A stretch of DNA of 64,000 nucleotides, taken from contig JAEWJK010000013.1 of assembly GCA_023386555.1 (NCBI GenBank), positions 108,193-172,192 on the forward strand, in the 5' to 3' direction. The stretch is from Bacteroidota bacterium. GTDB taxonomy: Bacteria; Bacteroidota; Bacteroidia; Chitinophagales; Chitinophagaceae. Shown here in pieces: positions 10,767-19,585 of this stretch (its first letter is position 1; every line of letters starts with the position of its first letter). The notes under the pieces were generated by a model. The model saw only the letters and a program-made list of their open reading frames with translations, had not been told where the DNA came from and ran no database searches. The translations under genes and the position numbers were made by a program.

Positions 10767-10838
10767 TAGCCCGTACGGGAATCGAACCCGTCTTTCCTCC
10801 GTGAAAGGGAGATGTCCTAGCCGATAGACGAACGGGCC
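10767..10838 (-). tRNA. tRNA-Glu (anticodon UUC)
   Basis: Reverse complement is GGCCCGTTCGTCTATCGGCTAGGACATCTCCCTTTCACGGAGGAAAGACGGGTTCGATTCCCGTACGGGCTA. It folds by hand into a cloverleaf with a 7-bp acceptor stem, D stem GTCT/GGAC and anticodon stem TCTCC/GGAGG. The anticodon loop is CTTTCAC and the T arm is ACGGG-TTCGATT-CCCGT. CCA is not encoded. Confidence 0.9.
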
Positions 10839-11064
10839 ATGTTCGTTTTCTAAAGGGTTGCAAAAATAGGTTTGCAACACGTTACAGCCAAAACTTTTTA
10901 GATATAAAATCTTAAACCTCGAAAAAAATAACCAACTATCACAGTCATCTTTGTATTAGTATGATAATGCTACAATACACTAGTACTACTATTTATCACT
11001 TCGTTGTTTACTGCAAACCTGTAATTTCGCATCGCTTTTTAATTAATAATCTAAATTACTGAAC

Positions 11065-12078
11065 ATGAGTACGGTTAAAGTTGCCATTAACGGGTTTGGA
11101 CGAATTGGTCGTCTTGTTTTTCGCCAGATATACAATATGCAGGGAATTGATGTGGTTGCCATTAACGATCTTACAAGCCCACAGGTTTTAGCTCATCTTC
11201 TGAAATATGATAGTGCACAAGGCAGATTTGACGCTGATGTTAAAGCAGGTGAGAATTCAATCACTATTAATGGTGATGAAGTAAAAATATATGCACAAAA
11301 AGATCCGGCCCAGATTCCATGGGGTTCTCACCAGGTAGATGTGGTTTTGGAATGTACCGGCTTCTTTACCGATAAAGCAAAAGCAGAAGCTCACATTACT
11401 GCAGGTGCTAAAAGAGTTGTTATCTCAGCTCCGGCAACAGGTGAATTAAAAACCGTTGTATTTAATGTTAACCATGAAATATTAGATGGAAGTGAAACTG
11501 TTATCTCATGTGCTTCTTGTACAACTAACTGCTTAGCTCCAATGGCTAAAGTGTTAGATGAAAAATTCGGCATCGTTGCAGGACTAATGACAACCGTTCA
11601 TGCTTATACAAACGATCAGAATACACTCGATGCTCCTCATGCGAAAGGTGATCTTAGAAGAGCAAGAGCTGCCGCAGGTAATATTGTTCCAAACAGCACT
11701 GGTGCTGCAAAAGCAATCGGACTTGTACTTCCTTCTTTGAAAGGTAAATTAGATGGTTCTGCTCAAAGAGTACCTACCATTACCGGTTCATTAACTGAGT
11801 TGACTGTTGCCCTTGGCAAGAAAACCTCTGCAGAAGAGATTAATGCTGCAATGAAAGCCGCAGCTAACGAAAGTTTTGGATATACAGAAGATGAGATCGT
11901 AAGCAGTGATATCATCGGTATCTCTTACGGTTCATTGTTCGATGCAACACAAACAAAAGTGATGACGGTTGGCGATACTCAAATGGTTCGTACTGTATCA
12001 TGGTACGATAATGAAATGAGTTATGTAAGCCAACTCGTTCGTACTGTTAAACATTTTGCAGGATTGATCAGTAAATAA
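11065..12078 (+). CDS. gap: Type I glyceraldehyde-3-phosphate dehydrogenase
   Basis: 337 aa. [12 protein letters not shown] motif, SCTTNCLAP active site and WYDNE near the C-terminus. Confidence 0.96.
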   Translation: MSTVKVAINGFGRIGRLVFRQIYNMQGIDVVAINDLTSPQVLAHLLKYDSAQGRFDADVKAGENSITINGDEVKIYAQKDPAQIPWGSHQVDVVLECTGFFTDKAKAEAHITAGAKRVVISAPATGELKTVVFNVNHEILDGSETVISCASCTTNCLAPMAKVLDEKFGIVAGLMTTVHAYTNDQNTLDAPHAKGDLRRARAAAGNIVPNSTGAAKAIGLVLPSLKGKLDGSAQRVPTITGSLTELTVALGKKTSAEEINAAMKAAANESFGYTEDEIVSSDIIGISYGSLFDATQTKVMTVGDTQMVRTVSWYDNEMSYVSQLVRTVKHFAGLISK

Positions 12079-12106
12079 TTATTGAGCCAGCAGATGTAGT
12101 GCTATG

Positions 12107-12136
12107 TAGCTTTCGTTGCGTCGCACTCTTGTACTG
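12107..12136 (+). repeat. Dispersed intergenic repeat, copy 3 (core type B)
   Basis: tagctttcgttgcgtcgcactcttgtactg. Confidence 0.8.
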
Positions 12137-12221
12137 AAGTAAGTTCTTCACCATATTTAACACAAAAGCCGTAGCCAATAGCTGCGGTTTTTTGTTTAAA
12201 TTTGAGTCCTAATCAGTCTCT

Positions 12222-12455
12222 ATGAATACAGAGCTATTAAAAAGAATAACGATTATTCCCGGGTTAATGGCTGGCAAGCCTACTATTCGTGGAATGCGTT
12301 TTCCTGTGGGAGATATTTTGGAAATGTTGGGCAACAATATGACTCCTGATGAAATATTAGAACAGCATCCTGTATTACAAAAAGAAGATATTCAAGCTGC
12401 TCTTGTTTATGCTGCTTACAGAACCAGAAATACTCTTATCATTAATGCAGCATGA
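12222..12455 (+). CDS. DUF433 domain protein (putative antitoxin)
   Basis: 77 aa. GKPTIRGMRFPVGDILEMLGNNMTPDEILEQHPVLQKEDIQAAL is the typical DUF433 pattern. Confidence 0.8.
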   Translation: MNTELLKRITIIPGLMAGKPTIRGMRFPVGDILEMLGNNMTPDEILEQHPVLQKEDIQAALVYAAYRTRNTLIINAA

Positions 12456-12807
12456 ATGGGAAATCTGGCTTGATAATCATCTTTCACCCATTTTGGCAAA
12501 ATGGCTGAGTGATGAAACTGGTTACTCTATAAAATCTGCTTATTCATTACAACTATATCAATTAAACGATAAAGAAATTTATCAAAAGGCAAGAGAACAT
12601 GGAAAAGTTATTCTTATTTCTAAAGATTCAGACCTTGATGAAATCATCAGCTTATTAGGTTCTCCTCCAAAACTTATCAGTCTTAGAATAGGTAACTGCG
12701 ATAATAAAAAGTTATATGAAATTTTGAAAAGCAGTTTACCCAAAGCCATACGGCTATTGTTCGATTTTAAAAAAGACATTATTGAAATAAATAATAATTA
12801 TGAGTAA
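12445..12807 (+). CDS. DUF5615 PIN-like protein (putative toxin partner of DUF433)
   Basis: ORF 12403..12807; ATG at 12445 overlaps the DUF433 stop by 11 nt. The pattern [13 protein letters not shown]...[24 protein letters not shown] resembles DUF5615. The stop at 12805-07 overlaps the pgk ATG at 12800. Confidence 0.7.
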   Translation: MQHEWEIWLDNHLSPILAKWLSDETGYSIKSAYSLQLYQLNDKEIYQKAREHGKVILISKDSDLDEIISLLGSPPKLISLRIGNCDNKKLYEILKSSLPKAIRLLFDFKKDIIEINNNYE

Positions 12808-13996
12808 ATTTTCATCTCACAATTTCTCCGGACAAAAAGCTTTGATCCGTGTTGACTTCAACGTACCATTAGATAAAAAAACATTTGAGATAACAGACGA
12901 TAACAGGATTAGAGCTGCACTTCCTACCATCAAAAAAATATTGAATGATGGCGGCAGTGTCATCCTCATGAGTCATTTGGGTCGTCCGAAAGAAGGTCCT
13001 GAAGAAAAATATTCTTTAAAACATATTGTATCTCATCTCAGCAAATCCATTGGAACAGAAGTGAAGTTTGCAGATGATTGCATCGGTAAATCAGCAAAAC
13101 AAATGGCAGCTGATCTTAAATCCGGTGAAGTATTGTTGTTGGAGAATCTTCGTTTTTATAAAGAAGAAGAAAAAGGTGATGAAGCCTTTGCAGAAAAGCT
13201 CTCTAAACTCGGTGATGTATATGTAAACGATGCTTTTGGTACAGCTCACCGTGCTCATGCATCTACAGCAGTAATTGCAAAGTTCTTCCCGGGAGAAAAA
13301 AAGATGTTCGGTCTGTTAATGGAAGGTGAAGTTAGCAGTGCAGAAAAAGTAATGCATGCAAATGATAAACCTTTTACTGCTATCATTGGTGGAGCGAAAG
13401 TTTCAGATAAAATATTGATCATCGAAAATCTTTTGGAAAGAGCAACAGACATCATCATCGGTGGCGGTATGGCTTATACTTTTATGAAAGCCCAAGGTGG
13501 TAAGATCGGTAACTCTCTTTGCGAAGAAGACAGATTAGATACTGCAAAAGAATTACTGAAGAAAGCTGAAGCAAAAGGTGTTTGCATTCATCTGCCGGCC
13601 GATTCTGTTATCGCCGATAAATTCGATGCGAATGCAGATGTTTCATCATCACTCAGCAACAATATTCCTGATGGCTGGATGGGTTTAGATATTGGTCCGA
13701 TGGCAATTGAATCATTCACTAACATATTGCATAAATCAAAAACCATTTTATGGAACGGTCCAATGGGTGTTTTCGAAATGGAAAAATTTCAGAAAGGTAC
13801 CAAAGCCATTGCTGTAGCTGTTGCAGAAGCTACTGAAAAAGGTGCATTCTCCTTAGTGGGTGGTGGTGATAGTGTTGCTGCAGTCAACCAATTCGGCTTT
13901 GCAGAAAAAGTGAGTTATGTTTCTACAGGTGGTGGTGCTATGTTGGAATATTTTGAAGGAAAAGAGTTGCCTGGAATTGCAGCGATCAACAAATAG
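12800..13996 (+). CDS. pgk: Phosphoglycerate kinase
   Basis: 398 aa. [25 protein letters not shown] and STGGGA motifs. Confidence 0.96.
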   Translation: MSKFSSHNFSGQKALIRVDFNVPLDKKTFEITDDNRIRAALPTIKKILNDGGSVILMSHLGRPKEGPEEKYSLKHIVSHLSKSIGTEVKFADDCIGKSAKQMAADLKSGEVLLLENLRFYKEEEKGDEAFAEKLSKLGDVYVNDAFGTAHRAHASTAVIAKFFPGEKKMFGLLMEGEVSSAEKVMHANDKPFTAIIGGAKVSDKILIIENLLERATDIIIGGGMAYTFMKAQGGKIGNSLCEEDRLDTAKELLKKAEAKGVCIHLPADSVIADKFDANADVSSSLSNNIPDGWMGLDIGPMAIESFTNILHKSKTILWNGPMGVFEMEKFQKGTKAIAVAVAEATEKGAFSLVGGGDSVAAVNQFGFAEKVSYVSTGGGAMLEYFEGKELPGIAAINK

Positions 13997-14088
13997 TCTG
14001 ACCGTCTCGGGTCTGACTATTTATTATTAATGGTAGGTGTGCAGTCACTCTTAGGAGTGAACAGACACCAAAAACAAGTCATATTGTC

Positions 14089-14119
14089 AAACCCGTTCAT
14101 ATGGACGGGTTTTTGTTTA
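14089..14119 (+). terminator. Rho-independent terminator after pgk
   Basis: Stem aaacccgt / acgggttt, loop tcatatgg, then ttgttt. Confidence 0.7.
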
Positions 14120-14144
14120 CTTTTAGCAAACTAAACACTTACAC

Positions 14145-14822
14145 ATGAAAAGCAAAGGTCTTATCATTGTCGCAATTATCGGATTCATTGTACTACTTGC
14201 AGGTTGCGGTGGTTGTAACACTTACAATAGCCTTATCGGCCTGGATGAAAATGTAAAAAATAAATGGGCTGCTGTTCAGTCACAATACCAGCGTAGAGCT
14301 GATCTAATCCCAAATCTTGTGAACACTGTAAAAGGTGAAGCAAATTTTGAGAGAGGTACGTTGAATGATGTGATCAGTGCAAGAGCCAGGGCAACACAAA
14401 TCACAGTAAACCCTGATGATCTTACTCCTGAAAAAGTACAGCAGTTTCAACAGGCACAAGGACAATTATCACAAGCTCTTGGAAGATTATTAATGGTAAC
14501 AGAAAATTATCCAAACCTGAGAGCAAATGAAGGCTTCCGCAATTTGCAGGTTCAATTAGAAGGAACAGAGAACAGGATCACTGTTGCAAGAAATGATTTT
14601 AATACTTCCGTTCAGGAATACAATACAAGAGTTAGAAGATTTCCTGCCAACATCTTTGCAGGTATGTTAGGCTTCAGTCCTAAAACTCCTTTCGAAGCTG
14701 ATGCAGGTTCTCAAAACGCACCTAATGTTGATTTTGGTGATAACGTTGGCAGCAATGGTGGTAATACCAATGCTGGTGGCAGCAATACCAATACAGGATC
14801 AACAACAGATACAACTAAATAA
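14145..14822 (+). CDS. lemA: LemA family protein
   Basis: 225 aa. N-terminal TM, then YNSLIGLDENVKNKWAAVQSQYQRRADLIPNLV...ENYP.L.A...F..LQ..L.G.ENRI..AR..FN. Confidence 0.9.
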   Translation: MKSKGLIIVAIIGFIVLLAGCGGCNTYNSLIGLDENVKNKWAAVQSQYQRRADLIPNLVNTVKGEANFERGTLNDVISARARATQITVNPDDLTPEKVQQFQQAQGQLSQALGRLLMVTENYPNLRANEGFRNLQVQLEGTENRITVARNDFNTSVQEYNTRVRRFPANIFAGMLGFSPKTPFEADAGSQNAPNVDFGDNVGSNGGNTNAGGSNTNTGSTTDTTK

Positions 14823-14827
14823 TAACT

Positions 14828-15295
14828 GTGGGTCTATTTTCATTCTTACAGAAAAAACAACCTGAGTTCTTTTCCGACGAAGAGAAAGAACTCATTGTTG
14901 CTGCCATAAAATCTGCCGAACAACGAACCAGTGGAGAAGTACGAGTATATGTTGAAAGCAAATGTGAGTACATGGATGCTTTGGACAGAGCTGTGGAAAT
15001 TTTCCAGGGTTTGAAAATGTATGAAACAGCCGATCGGAATGCAGTGCTTGTTTATGTTGCTTTGAAAGATCATCAGCTGGCTATTTTTGGTGATGAAGGC
15101 ATTCATCAGAAAGTAGGTACTGCTTTCTGGAATGAAGAATTGAAACACATGTTGGCTGAATTCAACAAAGAACATTATGCTGAAGGTATTGCTACAGTAG
15201 TAAAAGAGATCGGCGAAGTATTGGTGCAACATTTTCCGTATAACAGGTCTACAGACAAGAATGAATTATCAGACGACATCGTTTTTGGAAATTAA
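14828..15295 (+). CDS. TPM domain protein (cytoplasmic type)
   Basis: 155 aa with a GTG start. EQRTSGEVRVYVE...NAVLVYVALKDHQLAIFGDEGI. Second gene of the LemA-TPM-TPM arrangement. Confidence 0.8.
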   Translation: MGLFSFLQKKQPEFFSDEEKELIVAAIKSAEQRTSGEVRVYVESKCEYMDALDRAVEIFQGLKMYETADRNAVLVYVALKDHQLAIFGDEGIHQKVGTAFWNEELKHMLAEFNKEHYAEGIATVVKEIGEVLVQHFPYNRSTDKNELSDDIVFGN

Positions 15296-15297
15296 GA

Positions 15298-16104
15298 ATG
15301 AAGAAACTCCTTTACATATTTCTTTTTACCTGCATTAATCTTGTTGCGGTTGCACAGGATGTTGTGAGAGAAATTCCGAAACCTTCTCCAGGCTCATTAA
15401 TTCATGATGGAGCTAATGTGCTGGATGCACAACAGGAACAGCTCTTGAACGATCAGCTTATTCAACTTGATAAAAGCAGCTCCAACCAAATCGCTATTGC
15501 CACAATCAATACATTGAATGGTGGAAGTATTGAAGATGTTGCGGTAACTACTTATAGAAACTGGGGCATCGGTAATGCTAAGAAAAATAATGGGGTTCTG
15601 ATTATTGTTGTGGTGGAAGATAGAAAGATGCGGATTGAAGTTGGTTATGGATTGGAAGGTGCTATACCTGATGCTACTGCAGGAAGTATTATTAGAAATG
15701 ATATGACTCCTTATTTTAAAGAAGGAGATTACTATCATGGTATTTTGAAAGCAGTTGAGAGTTTAAGCAAAGCCGCAGTTGGAGAATACAATACGCCAAG
15801 AGAAGAGAGAAGAAGAGGTAGCGAAGGAGTGAGTGGCGGCTCTATTTTCAAATTCATTCTTATTGCCATTTTTGTTCTGATCTTCATTGGTAGAAGTGGT
15901 GGTGGAGGTGGAAGAGGTGGCCGTAAAGGAAGAATGATCAGTCGTAGTGGTACAGACTGGATCGGTCCAATGATCATCGGATCTATGTTAGGTGGAGGAA
16001 GAAGCAGTGGTGGAGGTTTTGGAGGAGGTGGATTTGGTGGTGGAGGCTTCGGTGGTTTTGGTGGAGGAAGTTCAGGTGGTGGTGGAGCCAGTGGAAGTTG
16101 GTAG
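15298..16104 (+). CDS. TPM domain protein (YgcG-like) with TM segment and Gly-rich tail
   Basis: 268 aa. Signal peptide, NQIAIATI...NNGVLIIVVVEDRKMRIEVGYGLEG, a TM helix and a GGGFGGGGFGGGG tail. Confidence 0.85.
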   Translation: MKKLLYIFLFTCINLVAVAQDVVREIPKPSPGSLIHDGANVLDAQQEQLLNDQLIQLDKSSSNQIAIATINTLNGGSIEDVAVTTYRNWGIGNAKKNNGVLIIVVVEDRKMRIEVGYGLEGAIPDATAGSIIRNDMTPYFKEGDYYHGILKAVESLSKAAVGEYNTPREERRRGSEGVSGGSIFKFILIAIFVLIFIGRSGGGGGRGGRKGRMISRSGTDWIGPMIIGSMLGGGRSSGGGFGGGGFGGGGFGGFGGGSSGGGGASGSW

Positions 16105-16154
16105 AAAAGTTTAAAGTTTAGAGTATATAGTTTTGAGTTGAAAAGGTATTCTAT

Positions 16155-16187
16155 AGGGTTGACAACCTTCAAAAGGTTGTCAACCCT
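16155..16187 (+). terminator. 33-bp palindrome 1 (agggttgacaacctt-caa-aaggttgtcaaccct) followed by a T-run
   Basis: Perfect 15-bp arms followed by ttttgttt. Acts as terminator of the LemA/TPM operon. Nearly identical to the palindrome at 16469..16501. Confidence 0.75.
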
Positions 16188-16210
16188 TTTTGTTTGGAGT
16201 TTCTTCAACC

Positions 16211-16417
16211 AAGTTAACAGAACTCTTTACTTGATTTATAGTACTCTCAATTAAGTTTTGAGTACCTCAATCAATTTTGCAGTACCTTTTAGTTAATTGA
16301 TAATACCCTAAACTAACTTTTGGGTTCTCTGAATCAAGTTTACAGAACTCTTTACTTCATTTATGGTTCATCAAACTAAGTTTATAATACTATATACTAA
16401 GTTGAGGGTTCATTTTT
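16211..16417. repeat. Ten degenerate ~21-bp tandem units (consensus aAGTTTtnnAGTACtCtnaat)
   Basis: Units start at 16211, 16233, 16253, 16273, 16291, 16315, 16336, 16358, 16378 and 16399. Units 1 and 7 match at 21 of 22 positions (aagttaacagaactctttactt vs aagtttacagaactctttactt), which gives a ~125-bp higher-order period. Confidence 0.7.
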
Positions 16418-16462
16418 ATAGCTTTCAAACGCTTTCCGTAATCTCTCAGGTAAAAACTCAAT
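16412..16462 (-). pseudogene. Duplicated fragment of the MOSC gene 3' end
   Basis: The reverse strand encodes IEFLPERLRKAFESYKN. The real gene end at 16514..16564 encodes IEFLPERLQKAFTSYKM. About 80 percent nucleotide identity over ~55 nt by hand alignment. Confidence 0.65.
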
Positions 16463-16468
16463 GTGAAT

Positions 16469-16501
16469 AGGGTTGACAACCTTCCGAAGGTTGTCAACCC
16501 T
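16469..16501. repeat. 33-bp palindrome 2 (agggttgacaacctt-ccg-aaggttgtcaaccct)
   Basis: Same 15-bp arms as 16155..16187; only the loop differs. It lies 9 nt after the MOSC stop codon. Confidence 0.8.
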
Positions 16502-16510
16502 CAAAAACAC

Positions 16511-17149
16511 CTAAATCATTTTATAGCTGGTAAAAGCTTTCTGTAATCTTTCGGGTAAAAATTCTATTGCCAGTATCTGTTCCAGAAGGTTGTTATCTGC
16601 TCCTTTGTTATAATAACATTCCACCAACTGCTGAATGGTGATGTTGTGTTTGGATTGTTCGACCAAAGTAATTTCATCACCGGCTTGCAAACTTCCTTCT
16701 GCTTCTACACTGAAATAAGTTCCATGTTTTCCCTGTTGCATAAATTGTTGCAGCATATTGTCTATACCGAACCTGATGTTGAGTTTGTAGCAAGGGAATC
16801 TTGGCTGAATAGCTTTTAAATAAACACTGCCGATCTTGTAAATATTTCCAATGAGAACTGTATCATCGGTCAAACCTTGTGTGGTAAGATTCTCACCGAA
16901 TAATCCATAACTCCAATCATCCTTTTGTAAGATGTTTTTCCAATGATCATAGTAAGCAATATCATAAGAATACACAGCTTTCAATGCACCACCATGATGA
17001 ACAAAATCACCCTGGCCATCACCTTCAATATTGGTTCTGGTGACTGATCTTGATCCGAAGACAGGGGATTTAAAAATTGACGTCGATACTTCTTTATCGT
17101 TGTATAAATAAGTTTGTGGCAGACCAATATTGAGTGATAACAATTTCAT
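16511..17149 (-). CDS. MOSC domain protein (YiiM-like)
   Basis: 212 aa. MKLLSLNIGLPQ...IFKSPV...GDGQGD..HHGG..KAVY.Y...Y..W...GENLT..G...IG..Y.IG...L...QPR.PC.KL. Confidence 0.85.
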   Translation of the reverse strand: MKLLSLNIGLPQTYLYNDKEVSTSIFKSPVFGSRSVTRTNIEGDGQGDFVHHGGALKAVYSYDIAYYDHWKNILQKDDWSYGLFGENLTTQGLTDDTVLIGNIYKIGSVYLKAIQPRFPCYKLNIRFGIDNMLQQFMQQGKHGTYFSVEAEGSLQAGDEITLVEQSKHNITIQQLVECYYNKGADNNLLEQILAIEFLPERLQKAFTSYKMI

Positions 17150-17210
17150 AATAGAAAGATAAGAAGATGCAGGATGTGGATAGTTTCAATGTTCAGTAAA
17201 GTTTAAATTG

Positions 17211-17237
17211 TTGAAGTGTGCGACGCAAGAAAAGCTA
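17211..17237 (-). repeat. Dispersed intergenic repeat, copy 4 (type B)
   Basis: ttgaagtgtgcgacgcaagaaaagcta; reverse complement is tagcttttcttgcgtcgcacacttcaa. Confidence 0.75.
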
Positions 17238-17316
17238 CATATTTATTCTTCAGCTAAGTACATAAAAAAAGAGAACGTTTCCATTCTCTTCATTTGAATT
17301 GGTACGATAAATTTTT

Positions 17317-17769
17317 TTATCTAAGCCTGTCCATGCTTTTTACCAGCTTCTCATCTTTATAAATTCCTCTCCAGGCAAGGAATAGAAATACCGGTGGTAA
17401 AAATGCGAATATAGACGTAAGACTTAATGTGCCATCGGAAAAATCATTAGTGCGTAAGAATAAATATCCTAACGAAAGTAATGACAGTAGCAAGGCTACA
17501 AGCGTTAGTCTTATCTGAGTTTTCCGATTGCTGAACATGAATATTGCTACCAGTGCAATGATACCTGTTGCAGTAGCTAGTAAAAGGCTGATGGCATTTA
17601 CTTCTGTAGCAACATCAGTGGTGGTGCCATCTAAACCAAGTGAAGTTAGTTTTCTCAGCACCAGTTGTTCGTTCTCTAAAATATTACCGGTGTAAAAAGA
17701 AAACTTTAAACAAAGGAAAGCACAAATGGCAGCGATTAAAAGCCAGAGTGATTGTATACGTTGAATCAT
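17317..17769 (-). CDS. DUF4293 family membrane protein
   Basis: 150 aa with 4 TM. The N-terminus MIQRIQSLWLLIAAI is typical of DUF4293 as I recall it. Confidence 0.7.
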   Translation of the reverse strand: MIQRIQSLWLLIAAICAFLCLKFSFYTGNILENEQLVLRKLTSLGLDGTTTDVATEVNAISLLLATATGIIALVAIFMFSNRKTQIRLTLVALLLSLLSLGYLFLRTNDFSDGTLSLTSIFAFLPPVFLFLAWRGIYKDEKLVKSMDRLR

Positions 17770-17839
17770 GTAAAAAGTTTATAGTTATGAGTGTGGTGTT
17801 TAGAGTTGCTTACTCTAAACTTAAATTCTAAATTCTTAA

Positions 17840-19120
17840 TTAATCCATTTCTGGATATAAAGTAAACTGTTGCATGAAACCGTTCACCTCTTTCTTCACA
17901 TCAGCGATCAAAGATTCATTGTCAGCGTTCATTAATACTTTATCAATCATATCAACTACAAACTGCATATCGTTTTCTTTCATTCCTCTTGTAGTGATAG
18001 CGGCAACCCCAAATCTTATACCTGATGTAACAAAAGCACTTTTATCATCAAAAGGAACCATGTTCTTGTTAGCAGTAATATCAGCTGTACCTAAAATGTT
18101 TTCTGCTTTTTTACCACTGATATTTTTATTGCGAAGATCGATAAGCATTAAATGATTATCTGTTCCGCCACTGATGATGTGATAATCTTTTGCAACGAAT
18201 GCTTTTGCCATAGCCTGTGCATTGCTTTGCACCTGCTTTGCATAGACAGTGAATTCATCAGTTAATATTTCACCAAAAGCTACAGCTTTCGCAGCGATAA
18301 CATGTTCTAACGGTCCACCTTGTGTTCCAGGGAAAACAGCCATATCAATTACATGACTCATCATCCTGATATTACCTTTCGGATCTTTCAATCCAAATGG
18401 ATTTTCAAAATCTTTTGCCATCATGATAATACCACCACGAGGTCCACGTAAGGTTTTATGTGTAGTGGAAGTAACAAAATGACAATGATTGAAAGGTGAA
18501 CTCAACAAACCTTTTGCAATCAATCCTGCAGGATGTGCAATATCAGCCATTACCAAGGCACCAACTTCATCTGCAGCTTTACGAATTCTTGCATAATCAA
18601 TATCACGACTATAAGCAGAAGCTCCACAGATAATAAGTTTTGGTTTAACTTCTCTGGCTTTTTGTTCCAGCATTTCATAATCTATTAAACCTGTTTCTTT
18701 TACTACACCGTAAAAATGTGGTTTGTATAATTTGCCGCTGAAGTTTACTGGAGAACCATGAGTAAGATGGCCACCCATGCTAAGATCAAGACCCAGAATA
18801 TCATCACCTGGTTGAAGAATAGCCAGCATCAATGCAGCATTGGCTTGTGCACCACTATGAGGTTGCACATTGGCATATTCAATATTGAAAATTTCTTTCA
18901 AACGATCGATGGCAAGTGTTTCCGTTTTATCTACTACCTCACAGCCACCATAATATCTTCTGCCGGGATAGCCTTCAGCATATTTGTTCGTCATCACATT
19001 TCCCATAGCCTGCATCACCTGTAAGCTGGTAAAATTTTCTGAAGCGATCAGTTCAATACCTCTACGCTGACGGTGTAATTCTTCTTTAATAATGTCGAAT
19101 ACCTGTGTATCTCTTTGCAT
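17840..19120 (-). CDS. glyA: Serine hydroxymethyltransferase
   Basis: 426 aa. [21 protein letters not shown] and the [15 protein letters not shown]-lysine motif. Confidence 0.96.
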   Translation of the reverse strand: MQRDTQVFDIIKEELHRQRRGIELIASENFTSLQVMQAMGNVMTNKYAEGYPGRRYYGGCEVVDKTETLAIDRLKEIFNIEYANVQPHSGAQANAALMLAILQPGDDILGLDLSMGGHLTHGSPVNFSGKLYKPHFYGVVKETGLIDYEMLEQKAREVKPKLIICGASAYSRDIDYARIRKAADEVGALVMADIAHPAGLIAKGLLSSPFNHCHFVTSTTHKTLRGPRGGIIMMAKDFENPFGLKDPKGNIRMMSHVIDMAVFPGTQGGPLEHVIAAKAVAFGEILTDEFTVYAKQVQSNAQAMAKAFVAKDYHIISGGTDNHLMLIDLRNKNISGKKAENILGTADITANKNMVPFDDKSAFVTSGIRFGVAAITTRGMKENDMQFVVDMIDKVLMNADNESLIADVKKEVNGFMQQFTLYPEMD

Positions 19121-19137
19121 GAGTGAATATTGTGTGG

Positions 19138-19145
19138 CAAAAGTA
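19138..19145 (-). promoter_or_regulatory. Candidate -7 box (TACTTTTG) for glyA
   Basis: Exact TAnnTTTG on the minus strand, 17 nt upstream of the glyA ATG. No clear -33 TTTG. Confidence 0.35.
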
Positions 19146-19245
19146 AGTGGTATTGGTTAATTAGGAATTGGGAATTGGGTATTTGGAATAAGGATTATTA
19201 TTGAGCCGGCTGAAGATTTTTATGTGTCCAGCTGTATAAGATGGA

Positions 19246-19298
19246 GCAGCGTTCGTTGTGTCAGATTCTCCCGACTTATTCGGGACTCACTTGTACTG
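19246..19298 (+). repeat. Dispersed intergenic repeat, copy 5 (type A core interrupted by a 22-nt hairpin insert)
   Basis: gcagcgttcgttgtgtca[gattctcccgacttattcggga]ctcacttgtactg. The insert at 19264-19285 contains the stem tcccga / tcggga. Confidence 0.75.
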
Positions 19299-19348
19299 AC
19301 AGAACTTTGAGCAGCTTTGCTTACATTTATAAGTGAATAAGAAAACTT

Positions 19349-19585
19349 ATGGCTGTTAATCTCATTGAGAAAAAAATAAAGGAATATTTGCCCAAGCTCA
19401 GCGTGGCTCAGAAAAAAGCTGTTTTAACGGTTGTTGAAACGTTTGCTGAGGAAAGCAGGAGTTTTGAGAATACCGTTAACGAACGATTCAATGAATATGA
19501 AACAGGAAAAGTAAAAGGTTTATCATTAGATGAACTTGAGAATAAAACAAGGAAAGCATATAAGGCGAAAAGAAATAAAAAATGA
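19349..19585 (+). CDS. Putative antitoxin (addiction-module component) of the ParE-like toxin
   Basis: 78 aa. 4-nt ATGA overlap with the downstream toxin gene. Helical and charged. Assignment is mainly by position. Confidence 0.5.
   Translation: MAVNLIEKKIKEYLPKLSVAQKKAVLTVVETFAEESRSFENTVNERFNEYETGKVKGLSLDELENKTRKAYKAKRNKK

Noticed and set aside
10243-11064. tRNA-Glu as an integration hotspot for a genomic island
   Set aside because: No integrase, no direct repeat of the tRNA 3' end and no cargo genes lie next to it. The neighbours are gap and small stress or hypothetical genes.
13994-14070. Direct repeat gtctgac...gtctgac and the partial hairpin cactc ttag gagtg after pgk
   Set aside because: They are short and imperfect. 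The convincing terminator is the hairpin at 14089..14119.
15735-16208. 157-aa proline-rich ORF on the minus strand
   Set aside because: It is the antisense shadow of the GGC/GGT-rich Gly tail of the TPM protein (15298..16104). The same applies to the Thr/Ala and Pro-rich ORFs at 28479..28709 and 28666..28872, which lie opposite the RRM Gly tail.
16211-16417. Possible CRISPR array
   Set aside because: The units are about 21 bp, directly adjacent and degenerate. There is no alternation of a constant repeat with unique spacers, and no cas genes are in the window.
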